DNA of 32,195 nucleotides from a virus. Taxonomy: Duplodnaviria; Caudoviricetes. A program made the translations under genes and the position numbers. The notes below the pieces were generated by a model that was not told the DNA's origin, did not search any database, and was given only the letters and a program-made list of their open reading frames with translations. The stretch lies in IMG/VR virus record IMGVR_UViG_3300011335_000294, positions 1-32,195 of that record; one strand, written 5' to 3'. The first letter of the stretch is position 1. Each line of letters opens with the position of its first letter. This document shows positions 16,471-26,234 of this stretch, in pieces.

Positions 16471-16532
16471 AAACTTTATTTTGGATGAACTATTTTAAAC
16501 TGGTTGACGAACAAAAAAACATATTAAGTTAA
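16278..16532 (+). CDS. -1 frameshift extension of the tail chaperone (G/GT-like)
   Basis: T TTT TTT heptamer at 16278-16284; -1 frame open to TAA16530-16532, which overlaps the next ATG. Confidence 0.75.
   Translation, partial: FFFARIREAESRYIGDSTIEDDEDAIGNGSTITNSEWFTWTTILHRLSKEMGQDVEKITSQPYVKTLFWMNYFKLVDEQKNILS
16509..16525 (+). promoter_or_regulatory. Putative late promoter motif before the tail gene block
   Basis: GAACAA-aaaa-ACATATT. Confidence 0.45.
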
Positions 16533-17053
16533 TGGCCGGCGAATTTGATTTTCTTGAAGGGTTCGGAATATCTTCGACCGATGTCGCGCAACCGGAAAAC
16601 GTTTATGAAAAGTTTCTTCTTGATGTTGGCAACCAGGTCACAAAAGACTTGTCCGACTATATCAAGTCGAATGCAAACAATTCCGGCGGATTGGCCGCTT
16701 CGGTTGTTTACTTTCCAACCGGCGCGCTTTCCTTCGAGATTCAAGCGGATGACTATTTTAAATTCCAAGACCAAGGCGTCAACTCGGTTGGTTCGAATAA
16801 TCATGGCAGCGAATTTTCTTTTCGCTATCCTGGCGTTTCACCAAGAATGGCGAACGCTATTCAACAAGCTTACGGCGTCACGTCGTCGCATGCTTACGCG
16901 ATATCGCATTCAATTAAAGAATACGGTATTCGACCAAAGAATATAATTGACAATGTTTTGAACGAAGATGTTCTTGACCGCATCGCAAATGATTTGGCCG
17001 AAGTGACCGGCTTGATATTTAGTATTAAATTTGACAAAGCAACACAAAGATAA
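16532..17053 (+). CDS. Putative virion morphogenesis / tail completion protein
   Basis: SGGLAASV, DYFKFQDQGV, I..SIKEYGIRPKN motifs; structural context. Confidence 0.5.
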   Translation: MAGEFDFLEGFGISSTDVAQPENVYEKFLLDVGNQVTKDLSDYIKSNANNSGGLAASVVYFPTGALSFEIQADDYFKFQDQGVNSVGSNNHGSEFSFRYPGVSPRMANAIQQAYGVTSSHAYAISHSIKEYGIRPKNIIDNVLNEDVLDRIANDLAEVTGLIFSIKFDKATQR

Positions 17054-18262
17054 ATGGCAATAACTATACAACAACAACCGCAACTTTTTTCAACGGCCGG
17101 CAATCCAATCGTTTGGACTTTCGAATCCGATCAAACCGCGCAACCGAACTTTTCATTCATCGTTGAACTTTACATTGCTGGTAGTTTATATTCAACACAT
17201 CAAGTCTTTCCGCAATTCGGAATCTTGTCAAGGTTCAACGCGTCCGAAGCAATCAAATCAATTTTGTCTTCGCCATTGGTTTTGAATGGTAACTTATTAA
17301 CGCCTTATTTAACCGCATTCACGACGGCATGGATTGTTGTTTCGGAAAAGTACGGAACACCGCCTGCAATTGCAGCATCGGCAACATCCGGAACAAAGCA
17401 AACATTTAACGGCGCTTTGCGACATCCGGAATTCATTAATTGGAATTATCTTGATTACAACATTTCAAGATTGAATTTAATTACGCCGAACAAATTTTTA
17501 ACATCATGGCCAAGGGCGCGAAAATACTTTTGTGCATTGAATCAAAATATATTCCTTGGATTTTTAACCGATCGAAAAAATTCAATTGAAGTTGAATATA
17601 CTTTGTACGATTCAACCAACACAATGATTTCGACTTATATTTATGCGCCTGGTCCTTTTAACTTCGGCGACATTTCGGTTCTTGACGCCAGTCCGTCAAC
17701 AATCATTGGAAATACAACAATCACGTCGATTGATTTTTCAACGGCCGCTTATTATACGATACGCGCTTACGACATTGGAATCGGAATTAATCCAGGAACA
17801 TCCGAAACGTTCAAGATTACAATTGACAACGAATGTCACCGCTATCCAACAAGGCGATTGCATTGGTTGAATAAGTTCGGAGTTTGGGATTCGTTTACGT
17901 TCACGCTTGTTTCGACCGAATCAACGAAGGTTGCCGGTTCAACATACGAACGCGAATCAGGGATTTGGACTGGAACGAATTACATCTATCCATTATACCA
18001 AGGCGAAATGACAACCTTTTCAAAACGCGCCGAAGATACAATGGTTTTAAATTCGGATTGGATAAGCGAAGACGTTCAACAATGGTTGGTTCGTGAATGT
18101 TACGAATCGCCGAATGTTTATCTTGAAGCTTCGACCGGCGCATTCGAACCGGTTAATATAACTAATCAAGGATATGACTTGAAGCAATCACGAAAGGACG
18201 GATTGATAATGGAAACCGTTGAAATTAAAAAGACTTATTCTTATAATTCACAACTTAATTAA
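17054..18262 (+). CDS. Putative tail (distal/baseplate-like) structural protein
   Basis: Beta-rich; WLNKFGVWDSFTF and ESPNVY motifs; precedes the large tail protein. Confidence 0.6.
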   Translation: MAITIQQQPQLFSTAGNPIVWTFESDQTAQPNFSFIVELYIAGSLYSTHQVFPQFGILSRFNASEAIKSILSSPLVLNGNLLTPYLTAFTTAWIVVSEKYGTPPAIAASATSGTKQTFNGALRHPEFINWNYLDYNISRLNLITPNKFLTSWPRARKYFCALNQNIFLGFLTDRKNSIEVEYTLYDSTNTMISTYIYAPGPFNFGDISVLDASPSTIIGNTTITSIDFSTAAYYTIRAYDIGIGINPGTSETFKITIDNECHRYPTRRLHWLNKFGVWDSFTFTLVSTESTKVAGSTYERESGIWTGTNYIYPLYQGEMTTFSKRAEDTMVLNSDWISEDVQQWLVRECYESPNVYLEASTGAFEPVNITNQGYDLKQSRKDGLIMETVEIKKTYSYNSQLN

Positions 18263-20590
18263 ATGGCCGGAGAATTATATATAAATTCAACTTTGGTTGA
18301 CATCGACCAATCTATTCCGTTTCCATTGACGTTCAACATTTCGGACATCAAAGATTTGTCGTCACGGAAAGGAAACAAATCGAAAACGATTACTTTACCA
18401 GGGACGCGAGTTAATCACCAATTAATGACGAATGTTTTTTTATTGACGGCATCGGAAAAGATTTCAACCACAACATCCGGAATCGTTAACTTCGATCCGT
18501 CCATTAAAGCGCCTTGTCAATATTACGAAAATGGATTGCTTCAATTCAACGGCATCGCGCAACTAATGGAATGCAAGTTGAATAACGGAGTTTGGTCTTT
18601 CGAAATTACATTGGTAAGCGATACGATTGACTATATTGCAGCATTGAAAAAGGTAAAGGTAAATGAACTTGACTATTCGGAATATCAACACAACTTGACA
18701 TTGGCCGATCAACAAGAAACGTGGAACGGCTTCAATCAAATCAACGGAGTTTCAACACCAATTAAAACCGGCGGTGACTGGGACGGCATCGGTTACTATT
18801 ATGGCTTGATTGATTACGGTTATTCACGACCAACAGCGGACACCTTCGCCGTTGACAACATTCCGCTTCAAGTTTTCGTTTATGGTATCTTACAAAAGAT
18901 TTTTGAATTTGCCGGAATCACCTGGTCATCGAATTTCTTGGAAAGTCAAAGATTCAAAAGATTGTTGTTGGCTTATTATGGCGGCGCATTGCCAACAATA
19001 ACGGCCGGCGATTCATTGAACGATTCGGCAACCACAACGGAAAACAACAACGCCGGCGGTTTTATATTGAACGGATCAACTTTGAATTGGTATGAAAACT
19101 TTCAACTTGAATTTGCTGGTTCAAATTTAATTGATAATTACGACGGAACAATTGTGACCGATCCGGCAAGTCAAGTCATTGCAACGAATCCTTTGAAATT
19201 CCGCGCGTCTTCGACTGGCTTATTCCAGGTGCAATATAGCGGAACACATGACGTTGATTTTGTGACGGCGGTTGGAAATTCAATTTATATGAATTACAAC
19301 GTTTCATTGAGAATCAAGAAAAACAATATAGTCATCGCAACGGATCAAGTTTATTCCGATGTTTTGACCGGAAGTTCATTCGCGCCATTACCAACAACAA
19401 CATTTTCATTCAACATTTCACGAACGATAAACATGTTGATAAATGATGAACTTACTTTCGAAATCGTTTTGAATCAAGGTCAAACAATTTTATTGATATT
19501 GGCGACGCCTGGATTCAATTCAGTTACGCAAACGGTTACATCAACCGGCGCATCGCTTGACATTATCAAAAGTCAACAAGCATTGACACCAGGTTCGGCC
19601 GTTTCGGTTGCGTCATTCCTTCCGGACATGACTTGTGATGTATTCTTGAAAGGAATAATTACGGCCTTCAATTTATATTTAAAACCGGATGCCAACAACG
19701 CGACCATTCTTGAAATCGAACCGCTTTCGGATTTTTATAATTCTTCAATCTTGGCGATTGATTGGACGTATCTTGTTGACAAGTCCAAAGAAATCAAGGT
19801 CACACCGACAATTAATTTTGCGTCGAAAGATTACAATTTTAATTTTGAAAGTGAAGACGATTATTGGAATTCAAAATACAAGAATGAATTTTTGGAACAA
19901 TACGGATCATTTGTTTTTTCAAGTCAATCGCAATATGCAACCGACACAACCGACATGAAGCTTCCGTTCGGTCAACATCCATTGGCCTTGATTAATTCCA
20001 CCAATTTAATTGTGCCGCGATTTTATCAAATAAATTTTGATGAATTTGGAAATGGTCAAATCGTTTTGAAAAAAGGAAAGTCATTCATTGTTCAACTTGG
20101 AGAAATGAGAACCGGCAATTGGATTCATCGGAACGAATCCGGAATTGATTTTCCGCAATTTATTTATCCATACGTCGGACACCTGGACGACATTGACAAT
20201 CCAACATTTGATTTTAATTTCGGCGTTCCGGAAGTGGTATATTATGCGGCGACAAATTACACGAATGAAAATCTTTATCAATACCACGAAACGTTCATCA
20301 AAGAAATTGTTTCAAGATTTGGAAAGTTGTTGACTTGTTATGTGATGTTGGATGCCGATCAAATTAATCGTCTTGATTTCCGCAACCTTATCAACATTGA
20401 CGGCGTCGTTTATCGATTACAAAAAATAAATGATTACGATTCCGGGAAAGGTCAATCGACATTGGTCGAACTGATTCGCATAATAGAAGGAGAAGGACAA
20501 GCGGCTATCGTTCCGGCAAGTTACCGAATAACTGAAAATAATATCATAAGACGAGAAGAAAATAATACTAATCAAAGAATAATAGAATAA
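18263..20590 (+). CDS. Putative tail tip / hub protein
   Basis: PLTFNISDIKDLSSRKGNKSKTITLPGT N-terminus; 775 aa; C-terminal IDGVVYRLQKINDY. Confidence 0.65.
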   Translation: MAGELYINSTLVDIDQSIPFPLTFNISDIKDLSSRKGNKSKTITLPGTRVNHQLMTNVFLLTASEKISTTTSGIVNFDPSIKAPCQYYENGLLQFNGIAQLMECKLNNGVWSFEITLVSDTIDYIAALKKVKVNELDYSEYQHNLTLADQQETWNGFNQINGVSTPIKTGGDWDGIGYYYGLIDYGYSRPTADTFAVDNIPLQVFVYGILQKIFEFAGITWSSNFLESQRFKRLLLAYYGGALPTITAGDSLNDSATTTENNNAGGFILNGSTLNWYENFQLEFAGSNLIDNYDGTIVTDPASQVIATNPLKFRASSTGLFQVQYSGTHDVDFVTAVGNSIYMNYNVSLRIKKNNIVIATDQVYSDVLTGSSFAPLPTTTFSFNISRTINMLINDELTFEIVLNQGQTILLILATPGFNSVTQTVTSTGASLDIIKSQQALTPGSAVSVASFLPDMTCDVFLKGIITAFNLYLKPDANNATILEIEPLSDFYNSSILAIDWTYLVDKSKEIKVTPTINFASKDYNFNFESEDDYWNSKYKNEFLEQYGSFVFSSQSQYATDTTDMKLPFGQHPLALINSTNLIVPRFYQINFDEFGNGQIVLKKGKSFIVQLGEMRTGNWIHRNESGIDFPQFIYPYVGHLDDIDNPTFDFNFGVPEVVYYAATNYTNENLYQYHETFIKEIVSRFGKLLTCYVMLDADQINRLDFRNLINIDGVVYRLQKINDYDSGKGQSTLVELIRIIEGEGQAAIVPASYRITENNIIRREENNTNQRIIE

Positions 20591-20592
20591 TT

Positions 20593-21195
20593 ATGGCTGA
20601 TAAAAAAATTTCACAATTACCGCAAAAAACTACGCCAATGGGCGCAAGCGATTTATTAGAAGTGTCCGTAGCCGGGTTCATTCCTGGAACATTTACATCA
20701 AAGAAAATGCGACGCGATAAATTAGCTGAAACCGTTATTTCAAACATTCCTTCGGGTTCGTTTTATGACAACACGACGCAAACGGCAACCGCGAACACGC
20801 CGACGCCAATGATTATTTCGCAAACCAATTTTTTAAACGATATTTCACTTTCGGGAACAACGGGAATGCAAGTAACTTATGCAGGAAATTACAACGTGCA
20901 ATTTTCCGCGCAAGTTTTTAGAACAAATGGAAGTTCATCGGAACACATTGACATTTGGGTGCGCGTAAACGGAACGGATGTTCCGAATTCTAATTCACGA
21001 TTAAACGTAAACGACCATTCGATTTACCACGTTACCGCTTGGAATTGGTTTTTATATTTGGGGGCTACGGATTACGTTGAAATAATGTGGGCGACAACAA
21101 GCGCAAATATTGAACTACGTTACGAAGTAGCAAACTTAACTATTCCGCATCCGGAAACGCCGTCAGTAATAGCAACAATTAATAGAGTCGGATAA
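20593..21195 (+). CDS. Short tail fibre / receptor-binding protein with C1q/BclA-like beta domain
   Basis: MADKKISQLP anchor; AGNYNVQFSAQV, IWVRVNGTDV, DYVEIMW. Confidence 0.6.
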   Translation: MADKKISQLPQKTTPMGASDLLEVSVAGFIPGTFTSKKMRRDKLAETVISNIPSGSFYDNTTQTATANTPTPMIISQTNFLNDISLSGTTGMQVTYAGNYNVQFSAQVFRTNGSSSEHIDIWVRVNGTDVPNSNSRLNVNDHSIYHVTAWNWFLYLGATDYVEIMWATTSANIELRYEVANLTIPHPETPSVIATINRVG

Positions 21196-21197
21196 AC

Positions 21198-24107
21198 ATG
21201 GCAACAAAAGAAGCAGTATTTTCGCTACGCGTTAACACCGGGAATTCGGTTCAAGATATTCAAAACGCTGATCAAGCGGTCAAGAATTTTAATAAAGACC
21301 TGAAAGAAACGCAAACAATCGCATCAAGTGGAACGGCAATGGACGCCTTTCAACAAAACTTGGACGAATTGAATGCGCGCGTTTCGGCCGGTGGCTTGAC
21401 AATGCGCGACATGACCAAAGCGATGAAGGAATATCAATCCATTGCGGCGCAAGCTGGCGTTGAAAGTCCGGTCGGAGCTGAAGCGATTCGCGCGGCTGCG
21501 GAAATGAAAGACACAATCGGCGATTTGAAAGGAGCGACAACGGCGTTGTCAAGTGACTTCGTTAAATTAGATACGGCCGTTCAAGGAATTGAAACCGGCG
21601 CGGCGGTCTTTCAAGGACTTCAATCGGCGGTTGCATTGACTGGCGTTGAAAACGAAGAATTGACGAAAACAATGGTAAAGCTTCAAGCGACGCAAGGAAT
21701 TGTGAACGCGGTGAATACGGTTGCAAAGAATTTGAATAAGGATGCAATTCTTGGAATCCAATTGCGAACGGCTGCGGAAAAATTACGCAATTTTATCATG
21801 ACCGGAACGATTGCATCGACGCGAGCGCAAGCCGCCGGTGAAGTTTCACTTGGAACGGCGACGGTTGGAACAACGGTTGCAACGCAAGCGGCAACAAATG
21901 GAATGAAATTACTTCGAATCGCAATGATTGCAACCGGAGTTGGCGCGCTTGTTGTTGGACTTGCTTTGCTGATTGCCAATTTTGATAAGGTCAAAGAAGC
22001 GGTTGTTGGCGCTTACGATAAATTTAATAAACTTGGCCCGGCCGTCAAGGCGATAATTATGGTAATGTTTCCATTGATTGGAGTGATTGTCGGAGTGGTG
22101 AAGGCATTGGAACATTTCGGAATCATTGACGACGTGAACACGCGTAAATTGAAAGCGAATGCCGAAGCGCGAACAAAAGGAATTGTCAAGGAACAAGACA
22201 AGATTATTGCGGCCGCATCCAAAAAACAAAAGGCAAACGACGCTTATTATGATCACGAAATAAATTTATTAAAGGCATCCGGGAAAGCGACATACGAAAT
22301 GTCATTGTTGAAAGCGAAATCACATTTGGCCGAAGGTCGTGTTTTATTATCGGCGCAAGCTGCGAAAATTAAAGCTTACAAAGCTGAAATTGAAATGTTG
22401 ATCGCAACCGGTGACGCTGATTCGGATCGTGTAAAGGCATTAAAGAAATCATTGACCGATGTTTCAAAGGTGGCCGGTGAAAATTACAATGACCTTGTTG
22501 CAACCAAGAACAACATTGAAATAATGGAAGCCGAACACGCGCGCGATTTAGCCGATAAAGCGAAGGCCGCCGGAACGGCTGCGAAACAGACTCAAGATCA
22601 ATTGAACAAATCAAAACTTGAAGCTTTGAAATCACATTTGGAACGCGAAATTCAAGCGACCGAAGATTCCGAAAACTTAAAGATTTCACAAATGGCCGAA
22701 GGCCAGGCGAAAACAATTGCAACGCTTGAAGATACTTACGGCGATTGGCGCGAAGAACTTATTCGAAAAGCCAGTGAAAAGGAATTGAAGGAACTTGACG
22801 CAAAATTCGAAAAGGGAAAAATGTCCGAAGAAGATTATAGAAAAGAATTAAAAAATATAATGGACAAAGGAGTCAAAAATTTGACCGAAGAAGAATTAAA
22901 ATTGATGACCGAAAAAGAAACGCAACTTGCCGAAGGAATTCGACGCGCAAAATTGACGGAACAAGAACGAGAACTTGAAGATGTTTCAACCGCATTTCAA
23001 GAACGAATTGCACTGGCGAATACTCAAGGCGAAGAAGGAAAAGCGAAGGCGTTGCAATTGGTGGTTGATGAAGAAGTTGCTAAAGCTAAGGTACGGAAAA
23101 AATATGCCGATGCTGCGCTTGAAGAAGCTGCGAGGGTTGAAGCGGTTCGACGTGAACGAACGAAGTTTTTGAATTCATTGATTGCAACCGATCAAGAAAT
23201 TGCGCTTCAAGATTTAAACAACATCCAAGACGACGCGAAAAAAGAATTATTGAAGCGATTGAATTCCGACAATGTTGATGAAAAAATAACGAAAGAAGAA
23301 TTTGACGCCGCAATGATTGCGCTTGAAAAGAAAAAGATTGCAGCAATCGCAAAAATTAATCTTGACTCAACGGCATCGACAAAGGCGGCCGCACAAAAGG
23401 AACGCGAAGAAGAACTTGCCGGAGTTACCGCCGGAATTGAAGCGGCGCAAGCTGGCCTTGACAAAATAAAACTTGTCAATGATTTATTAAATGAAATTGG
23501 CGCGGCGAGAATCAATAAAATTAACGAAGAACGCGACCAAGAATTGACGAGTCTTGACGAAAAACAAAAGGCGGAATTAGATGCCGAAGGATTGACCGCC
23601 GATCAAAAGACCGCCATTGAAGAAAAGTTCGCAAAACAAAAATATGCGGTTCAATTAAAAGCATTCAGCGAAGAAGACAAAATCAATCGCGCGAAATTTA
23701 ACCGCGACAAAGCGATCAAGCTTGCGCAAGTTGGAATGGACACCGCAACGGCAATCGTCAAAGGAATCGCGGAATTCGGGCCGCCACCTTCACCAATGGG
23801 AATCGCTGCAATCGCATCGGCCGGAATTATCGGAGTGACGCAAGCGCTTGCAATCGCTAATCAAAAATACCAGGGCGGAACGGCGCCGACAATGCCGAGC
23901 GTTTCCGGTGGTGGTGGTGGTGAATCAATGGCCGGATCAAGTGGTTCTTCGTTCACCGCATCAACGTCAACAACATCGACGTCAACGAATGGACTTCTTC
24001 AAGACGCACAAACGGCATCGCAACCGGTTCAAGTTTTCGTTTTGGAAAATGATATTTCAACTACTCAAAACAAGGTGGCCGTTCAAGAACAAAAATCAAG
24101 TTTTTGA
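21198..24107 (+). CDS. Tape measure protein
   Basis: 969 aa, Ala/Lys/Glu-rich helical protein with hydrophobic segments. Confidence 0.85.
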   Translation: MATKEAVFSLRVNTGNSVQDIQNADQAVKNFNKDLKETQTIASSGTAMDAFQQNLDELNARVSAGGLTMRDMTKAMKEYQSIAAQAGVESPVGAEAIRAAAEMKDTIGDLKGATTALSSDFVKLDTAVQGIETGAAVFQGLQSAVALTGVENEELTKTMVKLQATQGIVNAVNTVAKNLNKDAILGIQLRTAAEKLRNFIMTGTIASTRAQAAGEVSLGTATVGTTVATQAATNGMKLLRIAMIATGVGALVVGLALLIANFDKVKEAVVGAYDKFNKLGPAVKAIIMVMFPLIGVIVGVVKALEHFGIIDDVNTRKLKANAEARTKGIVKEQDKIIAAASKKQKANDAYYDHEINLLKASGKATYEMSLLKAKSHLAEGRVLLSAQAAKIKAYKAEIEMLIATGDADSDRVKALKKSLTDVSKVAGENYNDLVATKNNIEIMEAEHARDLADKAKAAGTAAKQTQDQLNKSKLEALKSHLEREIQATEDSENLKISQMAEGQAKTIATLEDTYGDWREELIRKASEKELKELDAKFEKGKMSEEDYRKELKNIMDKGVKNLTEEELKLMTEKETQLAEGIRRAKLTEQERELEDVSTAFQERIALANTQGEEGKAKALQLVVDEEVAKAKVRKKYADAALEEAARVEAVRRERTKFLNSLIATDQEIALQDLNNIQDDAKKELLKRLNSDNVDEKITKEEFDAAMIALEKKKIAAIAKINLDSTASTKAAAQKEREEELAGVTAGIEAAQAGLDKIKLVNDLLNEIGAARINKINEERDQELTSLDEKQKAELDAEGLTADQKTAIEEKFAKQKYAVQLKAFSEEDKINRAKFNRDKAIKLAQVGMDTATAIVKGIAEFGPPPSPMGIAAIASAGIIGVTQALAIANQKYQGGTAPTMPSVSGGGGGESMAGSSGSSFTASTSTTSTSTNGLLQDAQTASQPVQVFVLENDISTTQNKVAVQEQKSSF

Positions 24108-24738
24108 TCCAGTGACCGCCGGCGGAATTTATGAATTCATCGCTTGATGAAAAGCATCCATAATCGCGAAGGAATGATTCGGCCTTCGCGATGTCACCGC
24201 TTGAAAGTTTTAAGTTTGTTCCAGGTCGATTTTTTTTCGGTGGATTGACATTCAAATAAATTGACTTGATGAAATGGTTGTCACTTTGCCAATTGACTTT
24301 GTCGAAAGTTTTGATTAATTTTTTCGAATCCATTAAGACCGGCGAATGTGTTTCGAAGTTTAAAATTGAATGACCGAAATGATTCAAGAATTCAAGCGTA
24401 TTTTTACAAGCGATTTGATAATGACTTGGATGTTTTGGATTTATAATAATTTCGCCGTTATAAATTGGAATATCGGCGCGAAGCTTTGGAGTGACAAAGA
24501 AGTCATCATTCATATAAATGAATTTACCGCCATGTTCACGCGCAAAGGTTAAAATCTTATTAGTGACATCGACACCGCGAATGTTTGAGAATACTTTGCA
24601 AGGAATGTTTTGAGCGCCTTCGATTTCGTCGCCAATTGTGAAAATCTTTGCCAGTGGAAAAGCCATTCGAATCCAACGGATTGATTGAATCAATTCAAAA
24701 TCGGATGTTCGTTTTTTATAAGGGAATACAAAAGTCAT
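24061..24738 (-). CDS. Stealth-like (hexose-1-phosphate transferase / GT-A fold) protein
   Basis: ELIQSIRWI, FIYMNDDFF and NFETHSP motifs; start ATG at 24738; only credible minus-strand gene. Confidence 0.65.
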   Translation of the reverse strand: MTFVFPYKKRTSDFELIQSIRWIRMAFPLAKIFTIGDEIEGAQNIPCKVFSNIRGVDVTNKILTFAREHGGKFIYMNDDFFVTPKLRADIPIYNGEIIINPKHPSHYQIACKNTLEFLNHFGHSILNFETHSPVLMDSKKLIKTFDKVNWQSDNHFIKSIYLNVNPPKKNRPGTNLKLSSGDIAKAESFLRDYGCFSSSDEFINSAGGHWIKNLIFVLERPPCFE

Positions 24739-24761
24739 CGAACAAAAATACATAATATAAT
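24739..24761. promoter_or_regulatory. Overlapping divergent promoters in a 23-bp gap
   Basis: Plus strand GAACAA-aaat-ACATAAT (24740-24756); minus strand TATTTTTG then 4 nt then ATG of the Stealth-like gene. Confidence 0.5.
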
Positions 24762-25358
24762 ATGAACAAAGAAATTCCAACTTACGAAATATCGATTGAC
24801 CTGAACGACGACGAAACAACCGTTTCTTTCAATTCACTTGTTTCGATGCCGGCGCATGAAAAGAACTTCATGACCTTTTCAAAACAAAAGGCGTTCGAAT
24901 TCAACGATGAAGAACAAGTGATCACCGGCCTGGCGATTTCGGCCGATACGCCAATATATAGATTTGACCAAGAAACCGGCGAAGAATATTATGTTGTATT
25001 CACAAAGCAAGCAATTAAAGACATTATTTTTGATTATGCCAGGAAAGACAATTTCAACAATGTTAACTTAGAACACAATCCGAATCGAATCGTCAAATCA
25101 ATCTTCATGATTCATTCTTATCAAATCGATAATGAAAAAGGATTCACCGCACCGGAAAGATTCAAGGACGCAAACGACGGATCTTGGATTGTATCTTATA
25201 AGGTTACCGACAAGGATCTATTTCAACAAGCAAAGGACGGAATGTTCAACGGATTTTCCATTGAAGGCGTTTTCAACTTGATTGACACAAAAGAAGAACA
25301 AGCAATGGCCTTGATTTTTACGGAATTATTAAAATTAAAATTGCAAATCAATGGATAA
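24762..25358 (+). CDS. Prohead protease (XkdF-like serine protease)
   Basis: N.EH, GSWIVSYKV, G.FNGFSIEG motifs; upstream of scaffold and capsid. Confidence 0.8.
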   Translation: MNKEIPTYEISIDLNDDETTVSFNSLVSMPAHEKNFMTFSKQKAFEFNDEEQVITGLAISADTPIYRFDQETGEEYYVVFTKQAIKDIIFDYARKDNFNNVNLEHNPNRIVKSIFMIHSYQIDNEKGFTAPERFKDANDGSWIVSYKVTDKDLFQQAKDGMFNGFSIEGVFNLIDTKEEQAMALIFTELLKLKLQING

Positions 25359-25632
25359 TTATAAACTTGTATTGAATTCATTACAAAATTACGTTGCAAA
25401 AAAAGCGATTGTAAACAAATCAATGATTAAAAATGAATTATTGGTCAAAGAAATGGATGAAATGCAAAGTAAAATTGAAGCGAATGACTTGATCGTTGAA
25501 AATAATAAAATTTCAATAAGCGAAATCAATGCTTTGAGACGAAATGCCGTTGAAATATTAATGAATAAGGCAACAAGCGAAATGCAAAAGAATAAAATCA
25601 ACCAATATTTGAGACAAATTACGAACAAATAA
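25351..25632 (+). CDS. Hypothetical helical protein
   Basis: 93-aa AT-rich ORF between protease and scaffold. Confidence 0.6.
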   Translation: MDNYKLVLNSLQNYVAKKAIVNKSMIKNELLVKEMDEMQSKIEANDLIVENNKISISEINALRRNAVEILMNKATSEMQKNKINQYLRQITNK

Positions 25633-25639
25633 ACATAAT
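25623..25639 (+). promoter_or_regulatory. Putative late promoter motif before scaffold and capsid
   Basis: GAACAA-ataa-ACATAAT. Confidence 0.55.
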
Positions 25640-25659
25640 AGATATAAACACAAATAAAC

Positions 25660-26232
25660 ATGAACAAGAATTTCAAAAAAGTAATGGAGTTAATTAGCGA
25701 AATGAAACAATCATTCGCAAGCGCTTCACAAAAATTCGAACAAGCTACTTTAATGGACGGAACAATCGTTGAATTTGACATTTTAGAAGTTGGTCAACCG
25801 CTTTTCGTTGTGACGGAAACGGAAACAATACCAGCACCGGAAGGAACGCACGCTTTGAGCGGTGATCTTGAAGGCGTTTCGGTTGTTGTTGATGCCAATG
25901 GAATCATTGTTGAAATTATCGACGAACGCGCTGCTGCTGTTGCACAAACCGAAGAAGTTCCAGTTGAGGAACAAATGTCAACCGAAAAGGTTGAATCAAT
26001 AATCAATGCAAAATTAGAATCATTCGCATCAAGCATCGAAGCGGTTGCCGAAATGATGAAAGTTATTGCCGATTCAAACAATAATTTGTCGAATGAAATC
26101 GCGACTTTGAAAGGTGAATTCGAGACCTTCAAATCAGCACCGACAAATAACACAAATGAAACTGAGAAATTCTCAAAAGTTGGCAACTTGACAGCCAAAC
26201 AACAATGGTTGAAAAATAATAAAAATAAATAA
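25660..26232 (+). CDS. Capsid scaffolding protein
   Basis: Acidic; L.DGT..., PAPEGTH, C-terminal coiled coil; directly before the capsid gene. Confidence 0.7.
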   Translation: MNKNFKKVMELISEMKQSFASASQKFEQATLMDGTIVEFDILEVGQPLFVVTETETIPAPEGTHALSGDLEGVSVVVDANGIIVEIIDERAAAVAQTEEVPVEEQMSTEKVESIINAKLESFASSIEAVAEMMKVIADSNNNLSNEIATLKGEFETFKSAPTNNTNETEKFSKVGNLTAKQQWLKNNKNK

Positions 26233-26234
26233 AA

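Noticed and set aside
21289-23515. Cluster of minus-strand ORFs within the tape measure gene
   Set aside because: Antisense shadows of a long biased coding sequence with no recognisable motifs
23907-23921. (GGT)5 microsatellite
   Set aside because: Encodes an in-frame Gly linker in the tape measure C-terminus; no sign of phase variation
24739-24819. Longer N-terminus for the Stealth-like ORF as given in the ORF track
   Set aside because: It would overlap the protease start; ATG at 24738 with an adjacent promoter element is more plausible
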